Source: a virus. From it: DNA of 64,000 nt. The notes beneath the pieces are model-generated. The model did no database searches and was not told the DNA's origin. It worked only from the letters and a program-made list of their open reading frames with translations. The DNA lies in the IMG/VR virus record IMGVR_UViG_3300045988_146774, positions 96,001 through 160,000 of that record; one strand, given 5' to 3'. This document shows, in pieces, positions 44,609 to 53,920 of the stretch (positions are counted from its first letter, which is position 1; each line of letters opens with the position of its first letter). The position numbers were made by a program, and so were the translations under genes.

Positions 44609-45132
44609 GAGAAATCACCTCTTGTAAAATCATAACCATCCTTATCATGGAAGTATAATGGTTCTCTACTTTCATCTATCCATCTTTTCTCATTGTAAGG
44701 ATCTAATTTATGATACTCTACATGGTCATATGGCATTTTAATATCATAATCATCTTCAGTAGATTCAGTAAAATAATCTTTCCCACCAAAGATTTCATTG
44801 TAGTTTCCTTCAGGAACATACTTCATATAACGTACAGGCTGTTCGTTTCTCCAATTAATAAGCTCTTCTTTTAATTCATCGATAGAAAACTTCTCATTAT
44901 ATTCATCAAAGATTTCAATATCAATCTTATGAAATTCTAAGAATTTAAGCATATCGTCCACTGATTTATAAGCATTTTCATGCCACTCAAATAAAGGTTT
45001 CCATCCACAGCTTCGCTTTCCTATATGTACTTCATATCCAAAATAAGGTAAATCTGTAAGCTCATATTCATTGTCAAAATACTTTGTTACAAGCTCCTTA
45101 TCTTTCATTATCATGTAATAATTTGTTCCCAC
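44605..45132 (-). CDS. hypothetical protein translationally coupled to the RNA ligase
   Basis: 175-aa ORF with a 4-nt overlap with the ligase start. Confidence 0.55.
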   Translation of the reverse strand: MGTNYYMIMKDKELVTKYFDNEYELTDLPYFGYEVHIGKRSCGWKPLFEWHENAYKSVDDMLKFLEFHKIDIEIFDEYNEKFSIDELKEELINWRNEQPVRYMKYVPEGNYNEIFGGKDYFTESTEDDYDIKMPYDHVEYHKLDPYNEKRWIDESREPLYFHDKDGYDFTRGDFS

Positions 45133-45158
45133 ATCACCACCTCCTACCTCTATATTCT

Positions 45159-45881
45159 CTAAACATTATCCCAATGTTTATCCATCTTTTCTAAATTTAC
45201 TTTATATATAATTTCTTTTTCATCATACAAATTATATTCTGTTCTATTCATTAATTCTTCGAATTCTCCTTCGGTGTTTTCAAAATAAATAGACTCATAT
45301 TCATCCAGTAAAGTAGACCATTCATACTTTTCTTTTTTATCTAACTTCTGGAAGCTTTTATCCAATTCCCAAAATCTAAAATATTTTTTGAGTTCATTTT
45401 CTGAATAAGTGCAACAACATTCTCCAAAAATATAAAAGGAAACGAATTTTTTAAGCACACCAATCTTATGCAATGTCTCTAACTCTTCTACTTTTAATCC
45501 GGCAATTGCTCCACTCTTAATACGATCTCCATTAATCACACATCTATAATTATCAGCCAACGCTCTATCGATTCTTTTCTTGTCTTCATCTGGGATATCA
45601 AGCTGATTAATGTCAGAGAAATACACAGCTCTCTTCAATTCTGGATACTTTTCTTCACGTTTTCTTTTAAGAATTTCTTCAAATTTAGATTCTTGTGGAA
45701 GTTCAATTCTATATTTAACTCTGTCCCACAGCCATTTAAACTTTTCATAAGACATGTTCTCCACTTCTTCCGGAGTCAATTTCTCCTCAAGAAGTCTAAT
45801 TTCATTATCAAGATTATGGATATCTTTTTTCAAATCTTCCATCTTATAGAGTTTGTCCATCAAAATATTTAATGTTCCCAT
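45159..45881 (-). CDS. hypothetical protein
   Basis: 240-aa co-oriented ORF. Confidence 0.6.
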   Translation of the reverse strand: MGTLNILMDKLYKMEDLKKDIHNLDNEIRLLEEKLTPEEVENMSYEKFKWLWDRVKYRIELPQESKFEEILKRKREEKYPELKRAVYFSDINQLDIPDEDKKRIDRALADNYRCVINGDRIKSGAIAGLKVEELETLHKIGVLKKFVSFYIFGECCCTYSENELKKYFRFWELDKSFQKLDKKEKYEWSTLLDEYESIYFENTEGEFEELMNRTEYNLYDEKEIIYKVNLEKMDKHWDNV

Positions 45882-45939
45882 TTATTTCACCACCTAACCA
45901 GTTATATTTTTGTCATTTGTATCATCGCACTTATCACAT

Positions 45940-45982
45940 ACTATATATTGTGTTTATTATCATTTAAACAACAATATATAGT
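45940..45982. promoter_or_regulatory. palindromic promoter-like element (copy 1)
   Basis: actatatattgt-N19-acaatatatagt, 12-bp perfect arms. On the - strand: TTGTTG, 16 nt, CACAAT. Confidence 0.45.
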
Positions 45983-45994
45983 TATAATTTTCGA

Positions 45995-46012
45995 ATGAAA
46001 CTCATATTTCAT
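45995..46012 (-). terminator. hairpin ATGAAA-N6-TTTCAT 8 nt after the upstream stop codon
   Basis: Read directly. Followed on the - strand by TCGAAAATTAT. Confidence 0.4.
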
Positions 46013-46019
46013 CACCCTT

Positions 46020-46424
46020 TTAAATCCATAAATGTCGGAACCATTTTGCAAATAATTGCAGTCCTTCACTAATTACAGCTTGTCTTCTCTTTCCTTCAGC
46101 AAGACACGAATTTCTAATTTTGGTTACATATTCGTCATCATACTTAGATTCAGCCCTTATATAATTATATTTAGGATCATCTAACCACCAATCATCCTGG
46201 CTAACCACATATTCAAAAGCAAGAATCATCTTATCTAAAGCTTCATCCCATTTTTCAGGTGTATCCATTTCTTCTATGCCGGGATAGCCAATATTTTCTT
46301 TCTTAAATCTTTTAAGTCTTGGAAGAACAAAATTTGCAATAGTGATATCAAGGCTCCACAAATCACTATATGGAACATACTTGCCATGTTTCTTCAACCA
46401 TTTCTTTCGTTGACGTTTTCTCAT
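46020..46424 (-). CDS. hypothetical protein
   Basis: 134-aa ORF; AAGGAGAATATAACT upstream. Confidence 0.55.
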   Translation of the reverse strand: MRKRQRKKWLKKHGKYVPYSDLWSLDITIANFVLPRLKRFKKENIGYPGIEEMDTPEKWDEALDKMILAFEYVVSQDDWWLDDPKYNYIRAESKYDDEYVTKIRNSCLAEGKRRQAVISEGLQLFAKWFRHLWI

Positions 46425-46437
46425 AGTTATATTCTCC

Positions 46438-46881
46438 TTATTTTAGTTCTCTGAATATAAATTTCTCTCCACATTTTCCGCACTTTATAGTTCCAATAGT
46501 ACCAATAGAACATGGAATAAACTCAAATGTATAACGACCGCCAATTGCTCCGCCAATTCTTTCATTACATTCAATCAGACCGTGAACTTCTCTATCATGC
46601 TTTTCTTTCCAAGTTTCAATAGCTTTCCATTCATCGTCTGTGATTGGGAATCCTCTATTATATTCTCGCTGCATTTTTGCTAATTCAGCTTTCATTTTTT
46701 GAAGTTTCTTGTCTTTATACTGAGAATCTGTAAGCTCTTTGATTTGATTCCGCAAGTTATTAATTGTTCTATTTTTGTCGTCGAATCTATATTGAAGCAT
46801 TTTCATACACTTATCTACCGGTTCTACTTCTACGTATTTTCCATCAATAAATGTTCCATAGCTTAATTTATCTAAATCCAT
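46438..46881 (-). CDS. hypothetical protein with a C-terminal zinc ribbon
   Basis: KCGKCGEKF. Confidence 0.55.
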   Translation of the reverse strand: MDLDKLSYGTFIDGKYVEVEPVDKCMKMLQYRFDDKNRTINNLRNQIKELTDSQYKDKKLQKMKAELAKMQREYNRGFPITDDEWKAIETWKEKHDREVHGLIECNERIGGAIGGRYTFEFIPCSIGTIGTIKCGKCGEKFIFRELK

Positions 46882-46905
46882 ACTGTTTTCACCTCAATTC
46901 TCGAA

Positions 46906-47286
46906 TTATCTAAACACATCAAAAATGATTAATTTATAATCCGGTGCAAATTTATCTTCATCTTCAATTACGCCAATTTCTTGCAGTCTTGAAAATTTTT
47001 CTAATACTTCCTCTTCTATTTCATCGAAATTACGGTCTTCTTCCTCGTCAAAATTATGAATTGAATATTGAATTGAATCTATATGTTCATATTCTCCAGA
47101 CACAGCAAAAATATATCCAAGAAACAACTTATCTTCGTAATCGTCAAACAACTGAATTTCTCTGTTAACTTGATTACAAGTATAATCTTCCCATTCTTTA
47201 GACCATTTCCATTCATCATATTTTTCTGTTTCATGATTTGTAAGGTCATATCCTAAAATTACATATGTCGATTTTTCCATACTCAT
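46906..47286 (-). CDS. hypothetical acidic protein
   Basis: 126-aa co-oriented ORF. Confidence 0.55.
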   Translation of the reverse strand: MSMEKSTYVILGYDLTNHETEKYDEWKWSKEWEDYTCNQVNREIQLFDDYEDKLFLGYIFAVSGEYEHIDSIQYSIHNFDEEEDRNFDEIEEEVLEKFSRLQEIGVIEDEDKFAPDYKLIIFDVFR

Positions 47287-47332
47287 ATTTTTTCACCTCT
47301 CTTGTATATTCTCTGAATGAAATGTTTCTTTC

Positions 47333-48208
47333 TTACGAATTAAAATATTTCACAATTTGATTACCAATCCATCTTCCCATAGGAACGGCAACGGCATTTC
47401 CAATCTGTCTATATGCATCATTCTTTGTCCCACAGAATTCAAACCAATCAGGGAACCCTTGTAATCTCGCATACTCTCTAACTGTATATGGTCTTATTCT
47501 CTTTCCGTCTTTTACAAGCCTTGTTCCTTTATCTTTTGCATAATGTGCTACACAAGTCGGAGATAAATCATCCATATCAGGATCAGATATAATCGGTTTA
47601 TCTCTGTATTTACCATTAATTTTGTTATATACATATTGAGGGATATCTACTTCAGCATCTTTCTCAATAATATCTTTTAATCTTAATGGTTTCTCGTCTG
47701 GATAATCAAAATTAGTAAACGGTTTCTTACTACCAATCAAAATTAATCTTTTTCTTTCTTGTGGCAACCACATATTAGCATTTACAGGACATTCAATTCG
47801 TACATAATAATCCGGAAGTTTTGTTAACGCTTCCATTACCACTTTGAACTTCAACATACCTGGTACGTTCTCTACAACATACATTTCAGGTTGAGCCAAA
47901 GCAATATGTCTAAAGAAATGTAAGAAAAGATCATCCCCAGTTCTTGTTCCACTAATATCTGCTGCCGTAGAATATTTTGTACATGGAAAAGTTCCAATAT
48001 AAACATCTGCGTCTTGCTGATCCAGCACGGTTATTTTTGTAATATCAGCTTCATTTACTTTATGATTAAAATTTTTTCTTAGTGTTTCACAACACTTTTT
48101 ATCAATCTCATATGATTCCAAAATATTGATACCAGCTTCTTGAATTCCAAGATCCATTCCACCAGCACCACTAAAATAACTTTTAGCTGTTATTTCCATA
48201 TTCTCCAA
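47333..48208 (-). CDS. DNA (cytosine-5)-methyltransferase
   Basis: FSGAGG (I), TFPCTKYS (IV), ENVPGM (VI), QERKRL (VIII), GNAVAVPM (X). Confidence 0.9.
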   Translation of the reverse strand: MENMEITAKSYFSGAGGMDLGIQEAGINILESYEIDKKCCETLRKNFNHKVNEADITKITVLDQQDADVYIGTFPCTKYSTAADISGTRTGDDLFLHFFRHIALAQPEMYVVENVPGMLKFKVVMEALTKLPDYYVRIECPVNANMWLPQERKRLILIGSKKPFTNFDYPDEKPLRLKDIIEKDAEVDIPQYVYNKINGKYRDKPIISDPDMDDLSPTCVAHYAKDKGTRLVKDGKRIRPYTVREYARLQGFPDWFEFCGTKNDAYRQIGNAVAVPMGRWIGNQIVKYFNS

Positions 48209-49076
48209 TTCCTTTCAAAATCCATTCAATAACTGGTTCTGTCCATCCATTTCCCATTAGGCTACATCTCTTTGAATACGGAAGATACCGACCATTTACT
48301 TTTACTTTTGTAAAGTTATCTGGCAACCCTTGTAGTCTTTCATATTCAATCTCTGTTAATTTTCTTGGTCTACCATGATCCATAACGGATTTTTCCTGAT
48401 ATCCACCATTCACGCAAGTTAAAGTACAGCACTTAAAATCTGGATTATAAATTCGTCTAAGCATTTCCATCGTATTAACCTTTAACTCTGCACAAACACG
48501 TTTTTTCATATCAATGATTTCAAAATCTTTTTTATAGAAATATTTCTCATTTACATTATTCTCCATTACATCTTTCAAAACTAACGGAGATTCTTCCGGC
48601 AATTCACCAAGAGGAATGTTTGTCCAATAGTATCGTTCTCTCGACTGTGCGCCAAAAATCGCAGAGTCAATAAGTAAAGGGTCTACTCCAATACACTCTG
48701 TCATTGTGTTTAAATCCTCTTCTCTACTCGGTATTACATTTTCAAACATGAAATATTTAGGCTGAATCGCCTTAAGACATTCGATAGCCTTAAAGAAAAT
48801 ACCTGATTTTCCTTCAAGCCCATTATTGACTTCTTTGCTTTCGATTCTACATCTGCTCAAACTTTGACAGCAGGTCGATACCAATAACAAGTCAAATCCT
48901 TTGAATTGATCAAAATCCGCTTCGTATAAATCACCATGATGCACCACAAACGGAAAATGGTACTGAGAAACTGCGATAGCTTCTGGCAGAATCTCATATG
49001 TATGATACTCTTTCACCGGTATACCCAATTGTTGTAATGCGTATAATCCAGTTTCTACTCCTCCACATAAACTCAA
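48183..49076 (-). CDS. DNA (cytosine-5)-methyltransferase, second copy; 5' end apparently frame-disrupted
   Basis: RVLSLCGGVETG (I), ENV (VI), QSRERY (VIII), GNGWTEPV (X). Frame open back to 49122 without an ATG. An ATG at 49111 is one frame off across the A5 run at 49100-49104. Confidence 0.75.
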   Translation of the reverse strand: MSLCGGVETGLYALQQLGIPVKEYHTYEILPEAIAVSQYHFPFVVHHGDLYEADFDQFKGFDLLLVSTCCQSLSRCRIESKEVNNGLEGKSGIFFKAIECLKAIQPKYFMFENVIPSREEDLNTMTECIGVDPLLIDSAIFGAQSRERYYWTNIPLGELPEESPLVLKDVMENNVNEKYFYKKDFEIIDMKKRVCAELKVNTMEMLRRIYNPDFKCCTLTCVNGGYQEKSVMDHGRPRKLTEIEYERLQGLPDNFTKVKVNGRYLPYSKRCSLMGNGWTEPVIEWILKGIGEYGNNS

Positions 49077-49192
49077 TACTCTAAGTCCATCTGTAGAAGT
49101 TTTTCTTTCATTCAGTAGTCATGAATGCTGCATGAAAGAAGCTAACAAATTAACTACATATGGAAGGAAAGTAGAGTAATTCTAGATAACAT

Positions 49193-49204
49193 GCTTACGT
49201 AAGC
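49193..49204. promoter_or_regulatory. perfect 12-bp palindrome gcttacgtaagc upstream of the methyltransferase pair
   Basis: Read directly in the 174-nt gap. Confidence 0.35.
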
Positions 49205-49250
49205 CTTGAAAAATAAGGCAATTGAGCAATATAAATGAAAGAAAAATTTC

Positions 49251-49655
49251 TTAACCTAACAAAGATGCAATATCATCAAGCTCAAGTTCTGTTTTCTTAT
49301 CCTCAGAAAGAAGCTTGTCCAATTTTGCTTCCATCCTTTTAAGATTTGCAATTTCATTTTTCACATTCAATACTTCCATCTTATTTTTTATATCTGAAAT
49401 CCAGTCATCTATACTGTATCCGGATAATTCTAAATCAGAAATTCCAAGATCATCTGATACCATCTTATATGAATGCAATCTTACTAGCATTATTTTTAAA
49501 CTAATCTCATCGAAAGTATTCAAATTGTAGGTTCCACCCAATAATAAAATACAGTTTGTAATAGGCACAAATCTTGTATTTTTGCCGGATAACTCCAACT
49601 TCTTTTTCTCAATCTTTTCTTTTAGTTCTAAGATTCTATCATCGTTCTTATTCAT
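49251..49655 (-). CDS. hypothetical coiled-coil protein
   Basis: The ATG at 49655 overlaps the upstream stop (GATGAATAA). The track's longer version overlaps by 95 nt. Confidence 0.5.
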   Translation of the reverse strand: MNKNDDRILELKEKIEKKKLELSGKNTRFVPITNCILLLGGTYNLNTFDEISLKIMLVRLHSYKMVSDDLGISDLELSGYSIDDWISDIKNKMEVLNVKNEIANLKRMEAKLDKLLSEDKKTELELDDIASLLG

Positions 49656-50862
49656 CTTGTAATTCGTATACCTTTCTATATTTTCTTCCATTTGATAAAT
49701 ATTTTTGAATACATTTTGGTTTGACAATATCGTATACATCATCTAAAGTTACATGCTCAAATATTGTCTTATTGTAACCAACTTTATATCCACTGCAATA
49801 AAAATCTTCTTCATTCTCACTATAAACTTTTACATCATATTTACCAGTATTCTCTCCATAGCACTCATCAGCCAAATATGATTTATACTTTCCATCGTAA
49901 TTGCTAATAAATTTGAAACTATGATAACTTATTCTATCATCGTATTTATGATATCCCAGTTTTAGAAACTGGTCATATGAGATATCAATTATTTCATCTT
50001 TCGTATCATCAATCTGAGAGAAATTAGGACAAGATTTCATTCGATCATAAATTTCAGAATATTTTTCTGTACATTTATCATCAATACATGTAATAAGCTT
50101 GTTCTTAGGAACACTTTTTATCCGTTCGTATCTGTATCCATCTTTATTTACAATGGCAAACCAATACATCTTGCCATACGGAAAATTATTAATATACTTA
50201 TACTTTATTGGATATCTACAACCATAATGATGTATTAATTCTATTGGAATATCTCTGTAATTCTTGCTCTTATAAATTTCTCCGTTTTCTTTCCACTCAT
50301 ATCCTCCTCCATATGTTTCGAATCGCCCCATATAAATCCATTGCTCGTCGTCCTTTGTTAAATACGTAGCTCCAAGAACTAAATCTTTCGCTTTAATACA
50401 TTCATTGTTATGCACAATTTTATTAAATTCTGCTATCTGTTTGTAATCAGGTGACTTTACTGGCATAAGAACTAAATCTTTTCCACTCCATCCATATACA
50501 AATTCACCTTCCAGACCTTTTCCTTTATAGCAATTAGCATTTGCCAAAATATAAAGCAGATTCTCAATTGTGATTTCGAATTCAAATCCCCTAGGGTCGT
50601 ATACTCTACAATACGCCTGTCTATGATCCCAACCAGTAGAATAATCTCCGGCTTTTTTATTCAGTACGAACCCTTCAGTCGGTTCGTTATCGAATTCATC
50701 ATTTGGTATATCTTCATCACGCCAACCATTCCATGATCTTTCTTTGCGAAGAACGCCTTTTTCATCATAATAAATTATGTAAGCAAGTTTACCTGTATAT
50801 GTTCCGGAACGATTTTGATATCCTACGTTTATTCTCTTTGGAATAAATATATTACTTTTCAT
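49648..50862 (-). CDS. hypothetical protein
   Basis: 404-aa ORF. No motif recognised. Confidence 0.65.
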   Translation of the reverse strand: MKSNIFIPKRINVGYQNRSGTYTGKLAYIIYYDEKGVLRKERSWNGWRDEDIPNDEFDNEPTEGFVLNKKAGDYSTGWDHRQAYCRVYDPRGFEFEITIENLLYILANANCYKGKGLEGEFVYGWSGKDLVLMPVKSPDYKQIAEFNKIVHNNECIKAKDLVLGATYLTKDDEQWIYMGRFETYGGGYEWKENGEIYKSKNYRDIPIELIHHYGCRYPIKYKYINNFPYGKMYWFAIVNKDGYRYERIKSVPKNKLITCIDDKCTEKYSEIYDRMKSCPNFSQIDDTKDEIIDISYDQFLKLGYHKYDDRISYHSFKFISNYDGKYKSYLADECYGENTGKYDVKVYSENEEDFYCSGYKVGYNKTIFEHVTLDDVYDIVKPKCIQKYLSNGRKYRKVYELQDE

Positions 50863-50873
50863 TCATTCTCACC

Positions 50874-51086
50874 TCACTTCAACGCATTTAATACATCGCA
50901 AATAAATCCGCCTATGCAACCAACTAGACCAAATACAAAATAATAATGATCAGTTGTTAATGTTATTCCATGTATAAATGGCTGCAATACTCTTATGCAT
51001 ATGTCATCAACATCAAAAAGTGATAATATCCATGCCGATAACAATCCATAAAAAATTCCACCTATCAAGTTCTCACCTCTATTCAA
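50874..51086 (-). CDS. small membrane protein
   Basis: Two hydrophobic helices. Confidence 0.5.
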   Translation of the reverse strand: MNRGENLIGGIFYGLLSAWILSLFDVDDICIRVLQPFIHGITLTTDHYYFVFGLVGCIGGFICDVLNALK

Positions 51087-51132
51087 TTGTTATTATTGGA
51101 AATTTTGAGCGAATTGCTCTAAGATTTTATTC

Positions 51133-51396
51133 TCAACATATAAAAGGATATGTCATAGGTCTATTGTCTTCAACAGAAATTCTATATCTTGATGTGCAAT
51201 AATATATATTTTTATCTTTCGCCAACGATTTAAAATTATTAGCAAATACATCCAATATACTTTCGCACTCTTGACATATATATTTCTTTGTCTTTACCAC
51301 ATTCCCATTGTCTTTGCGTTTTGGTAGATAATACTTCTTTGTTTTTGCTTTATTACCACAAATATCACAATATTCTTTAATCATCTTATATTTCAC
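51133..51396 (-). CDS. zinc-ribbon protein
   Basis: CDICGN...CQECES. Confidence 0.5.
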   Translation of the reverse strand: MKYKMIKEYCDICGNKAKTKKYYLPKRKDNGNVVKTKKYICQECESILDVFANNFKSLAKDKNIYYCTSRYRISVEDNRPMTYPFIC

Positions 51397-51417
51397 CTCC
51401 CATTGAAAGCGGAATTT

Positions 51418-51633
51418 CTACCGCCGATATAAACCAATAAATTCTTTAAAATATTCAATTGCATACCAGTCTTCTTCGTCTAAATCATTTTTAATTTTGA
51501 CGCAATCTGCACCATAGCCAAGAACTGTATACTGTTTATTCTCTGTTAATGCGAATTCTTCAATTGTAATTCTTGCCGTTACTGGTTCGCCAATAGAAAA
51601 ATGTATAATTGTTTTATGCTCTATTCCGTTCAT
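51418..51633 (-). CDS. hypothetical protein
   Basis: 71-aa co-oriented ORF. Confidence 0.5.
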   Translation of the reverse strand: MNGIEHKTIIHFSIGEPVTARITIEEFALTENKQYTVLGYGADCVKIKNDLDEEDWYAIEYFKEFIGLYRR

Positions 51634-51637
51634 GATA

Positions 51638-52054
51638 TTATTCTCCTTCTATTTGCACCTCTACTACTCTTTTCTTTACATCATCCCATGATTCAAGTTT
51701 AAAATCTTCCAGAGAAATTATCCTAGGAAATAACTGTGGATATACAATCATTCGTTTAATATCATTTGAAATATCTTCATCAATCAAACAACCATTTGTT
51801 TTATTTCCCTTACTCGAATCATTTGCGACAATAATTTTCAATCTACTACCATTAGGAAACTCAATAAAAGTTTGATATTGGTTGAATACATATCGAATAT
51901 TTTTTATTGGAAACGAATTATCGAAAATATCATCCAAAATATTTTTAACACAACTTATTTTATCTTTGGATGATACATAAACCGCTGCACGAAAATTATC
52001 CATAACATGACAATATAACAACTGTTTTTCTAACTCGTATTTTAAATTACTCAT
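51638..52054 (-). CDS. hypothetical protein
   Basis: 138-aa co-oriented ORF. Confidence 0.55.
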   Translation of the reverse strand: MSNLKYELEKQLLYCHVMDNFRAAVYVSSKDKISCVKNILDDIFDNSFPIKNIRYVFNQYQTFIEFPNGSRLKIIVANDSSKGNKTNGCLIDEDISNDIKRMIVYPQLFPRIISLEDFKLESWDDVKKRVVEVQIEGE

Positions 52055-52343
52055 CTTCTACCTCCGAAGAAACAGATTTTTCATACGGTATTCCAACATC
52101 CGCATCAATAAAAAGAACAGCAAATTCGTCACAATGTTCTGCACTTCTTTTTATTATATATCCTTTATCTATGAGGATTTTAATTGTTCCATCAGATAAT
52201 CCCTTATACCATTTTCCAACAAATGTAGGATCAACCACACCATATTCGATATGAGTTTTAATTTCGCCAATAATCATTTTTGCAGTATTTCTATCAGAAT
52301 ATTTTTTGTTAAAATATTTCTTCATTTTCTTTGCACTAATCAT
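52047..52343 (-). CDS. hypothetical protein
   Basis: 98-aa co-oriented ORF. Confidence 0.5.
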   Translation of the reverse strand: MISAKKMKKYFNKKYSDRNTAKMIIGEIKTHIEYGVVDPTFVGKWYKGLSDGTIKILIDKGYIIKRSAEHCDEFAVLFIDADVGIPYEKSVSSEVEDE

Positions 52344-52345
52344 TT

Positions 52346-52774
52346 TTACTCACTCCAATCTAACTTTAAACCACATTTAGGACAATACTGTTCTGATATA
52401 GATATAAGTTGTCCATTACCACAGCGAGGGCAATCGCCTTTAATAGCATATGGTTTATCATTAAAATCATACAAAATACGTCTGCGCTTGACCTTTTCTC
52501 CATTTGAATCGTCCAATTCAATTAAATCTCTAAACATTGCGAATCCGCCAACCATTGCATTCATCTCGTCGCAACTGCCATTCATACAAATATCATTAGA
52601 TACATTAGCCACTGCTATTCCACAATTAAAATAAAATTCATTATCATGATCATAAGATTTTAATCTTAACTCCAGATCTTCTATTGGAGTATCTTCGTCT
52701 ACTTTCTTACTTTCTGTAATAATTCTATCTGCTTCTCTGATCATATCATCATAAGACCACTTTGGATTTCCCAT
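52346..52774 (-). CDS. hypothetical protein with a C-terminal zinc ribbon
   Basis: CPRCGN...CPKCG. Confidence 0.55.
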   Translation of the reverse strand: MGNPKWSYDDMIREADRIITESKKVDEDTPIEDLELRLKSYDHDNEFYFNCGIAVANVSNDICMNGSCDEMNAMVGGFAMFRDLIELDDSNGEKVKRRRILYDFNDKPYAIKGDCPRCGNGQLISISEQYCPKCGLKLDWSE

Positions 52775-52803
52775 AATCTATCACCTCCATGAAAGTAATA
52801 TTT

Positions 52804-53196
52804 CTATCTAATTACAACCAACGCATACCAAGTTAATACAATCTGAATAATATGAAATAACTGATCATGAATCAGATTGATATATTTTTTATTTGCTTTG
52901 AAATTATCAATAATACTATGAGCAACCCAATTTGAGACAAAAAATAAGAAATAATCAATTGGGATATTATGACTGCACACATAATTAAATACTGCCGGAA
53001 TCAACATAATCATAAATGTCCAACTAAATGCATGTTCGCACAAAGCCATAATATAATCGTGCGAATATAATTTATCCGGTGAATTCTTTTCCCACCAAGA
53101 TTTTTGTTTAGCTGATGCCAGCCAACCTTGTAAATAATAATCGTCTACAAGATGTAAAAATAACATTCCTAATAGCAAAAATAATTTGAACTCCAT
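52804..53196 (-). CDS. DUF3307-like membrane protein
   Basis: ATG at 53196 after AGGAGATAGGAAT. LHLVDDYYLQ motif and several TM helices. Confidence 0.55.
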   Translation of the reverse strand: MEFKLFLLLGMLFLHLVDDYYLQGWLASAKQKSWWEKNSPDKLYSHDYIMALCEHAFSWTFMIMLIPAVFNYVCSHNIPIDYFLFFVSNWVAHSIIDNFKANKKYINLIHDQLFHIIQIVLTWYALVVIR

Positions 53197-53207
53197 ATTC
53201 CTATCTC

Positions 53208-53636
53208 CTACCAATCATTTCTAAAAACAACATATTCCTTATTCCAATCAATTGTTAAGTCTTTTAAGAATTTGTATACATTTATATAAGCATGTACAGT
53301 ATAATCATCAATCTTTCCAATTGTGATATCATATAGTGTTGTGCTTTTTATTTTATCTTCAATCCATTTTAAGAAATCATCATAAATACTCTTTGGAATA
53401 ATCCTAGATTCACCATTTTCAAGTGGTTTTCTTCTAAAATATTCATCAAAAACATTTTCATCTAACACATCTATACCTATTGATTTTTCATCTTCCGGTA
53501 ATCCATACTCTTCTGGATATTCCCACATATACAAATAATTTTCGTATAGCTCTGAAAAAGAATATGCAACCAATAGATGTTTTACTTTTTCGACTACCTT
53601 CTTTTTTACAATAATTATGCCACCGTCATATCCCAT
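53208..53636 (-). CDS. hypothetical protein
   Basis: 142-aa co-oriented ORF. Confidence 0.55.
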   Translation of the reverse strand: MGYDGGIIIVKKKVVEKVKHLLVAYSFSELYENYLYMWEYPEEYGLPEDEKSIGIDVLDENVFDEYFRRKPLENGESRIIPKSIYDDFLKWIEDKIKSTTLYDITIGKIDDYTVHAYINVYKFLKDLTIDWNKEYVVFRNDW

Positions 53637-53663
53637 GCAAATTCACCTCCATGAAAGCAATAT

Positions 53664-53912
53664 TTAAACGGGCACAGCGACATCGCCATCCCCAAATAAG
53701 CTTACAAAAAGCAAACCATTACGACGAATAATTTCACTTGATAATACATATTTCACATTATCAGTTCCCCTATTATTAAGACTATTATTTATCTTTTTTA
53801 ACGCATCTTCTTTATTTTCTGCTAACACAACTAGCATTTCTGTCCGATTATTAGCTTCCCATTTCCCATTTTTAAATATCTCTCTTTTACAATCGACTGA
53901 ATAAAAATCCAT
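53664..53912 (-). CDS. hypothetical protein
   Basis: 82-aa co-oriented ORF. Confidence 0.5.
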   Translation of the reverse strand: MDFYSVDCKREIFKNGKWEANNRTEMLVVLAENKEDALKKINNSLNNRGTDNVKYVLSSEIIRRNGLLFVSLFGDGDVAVPV

Positions 53913-53920
53913 ATACCCTC

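Noticed and set aside
38180-47320. The frequently recurring + strand string tatattctc(t/c) looked like a dispersed repeat.
   Set aside because: It is the reverse complement of GAGAATATA, that is, the SD (GGAGA) plus the AT-rich spacer of - strand genes. It is explained by translation-initiation context.
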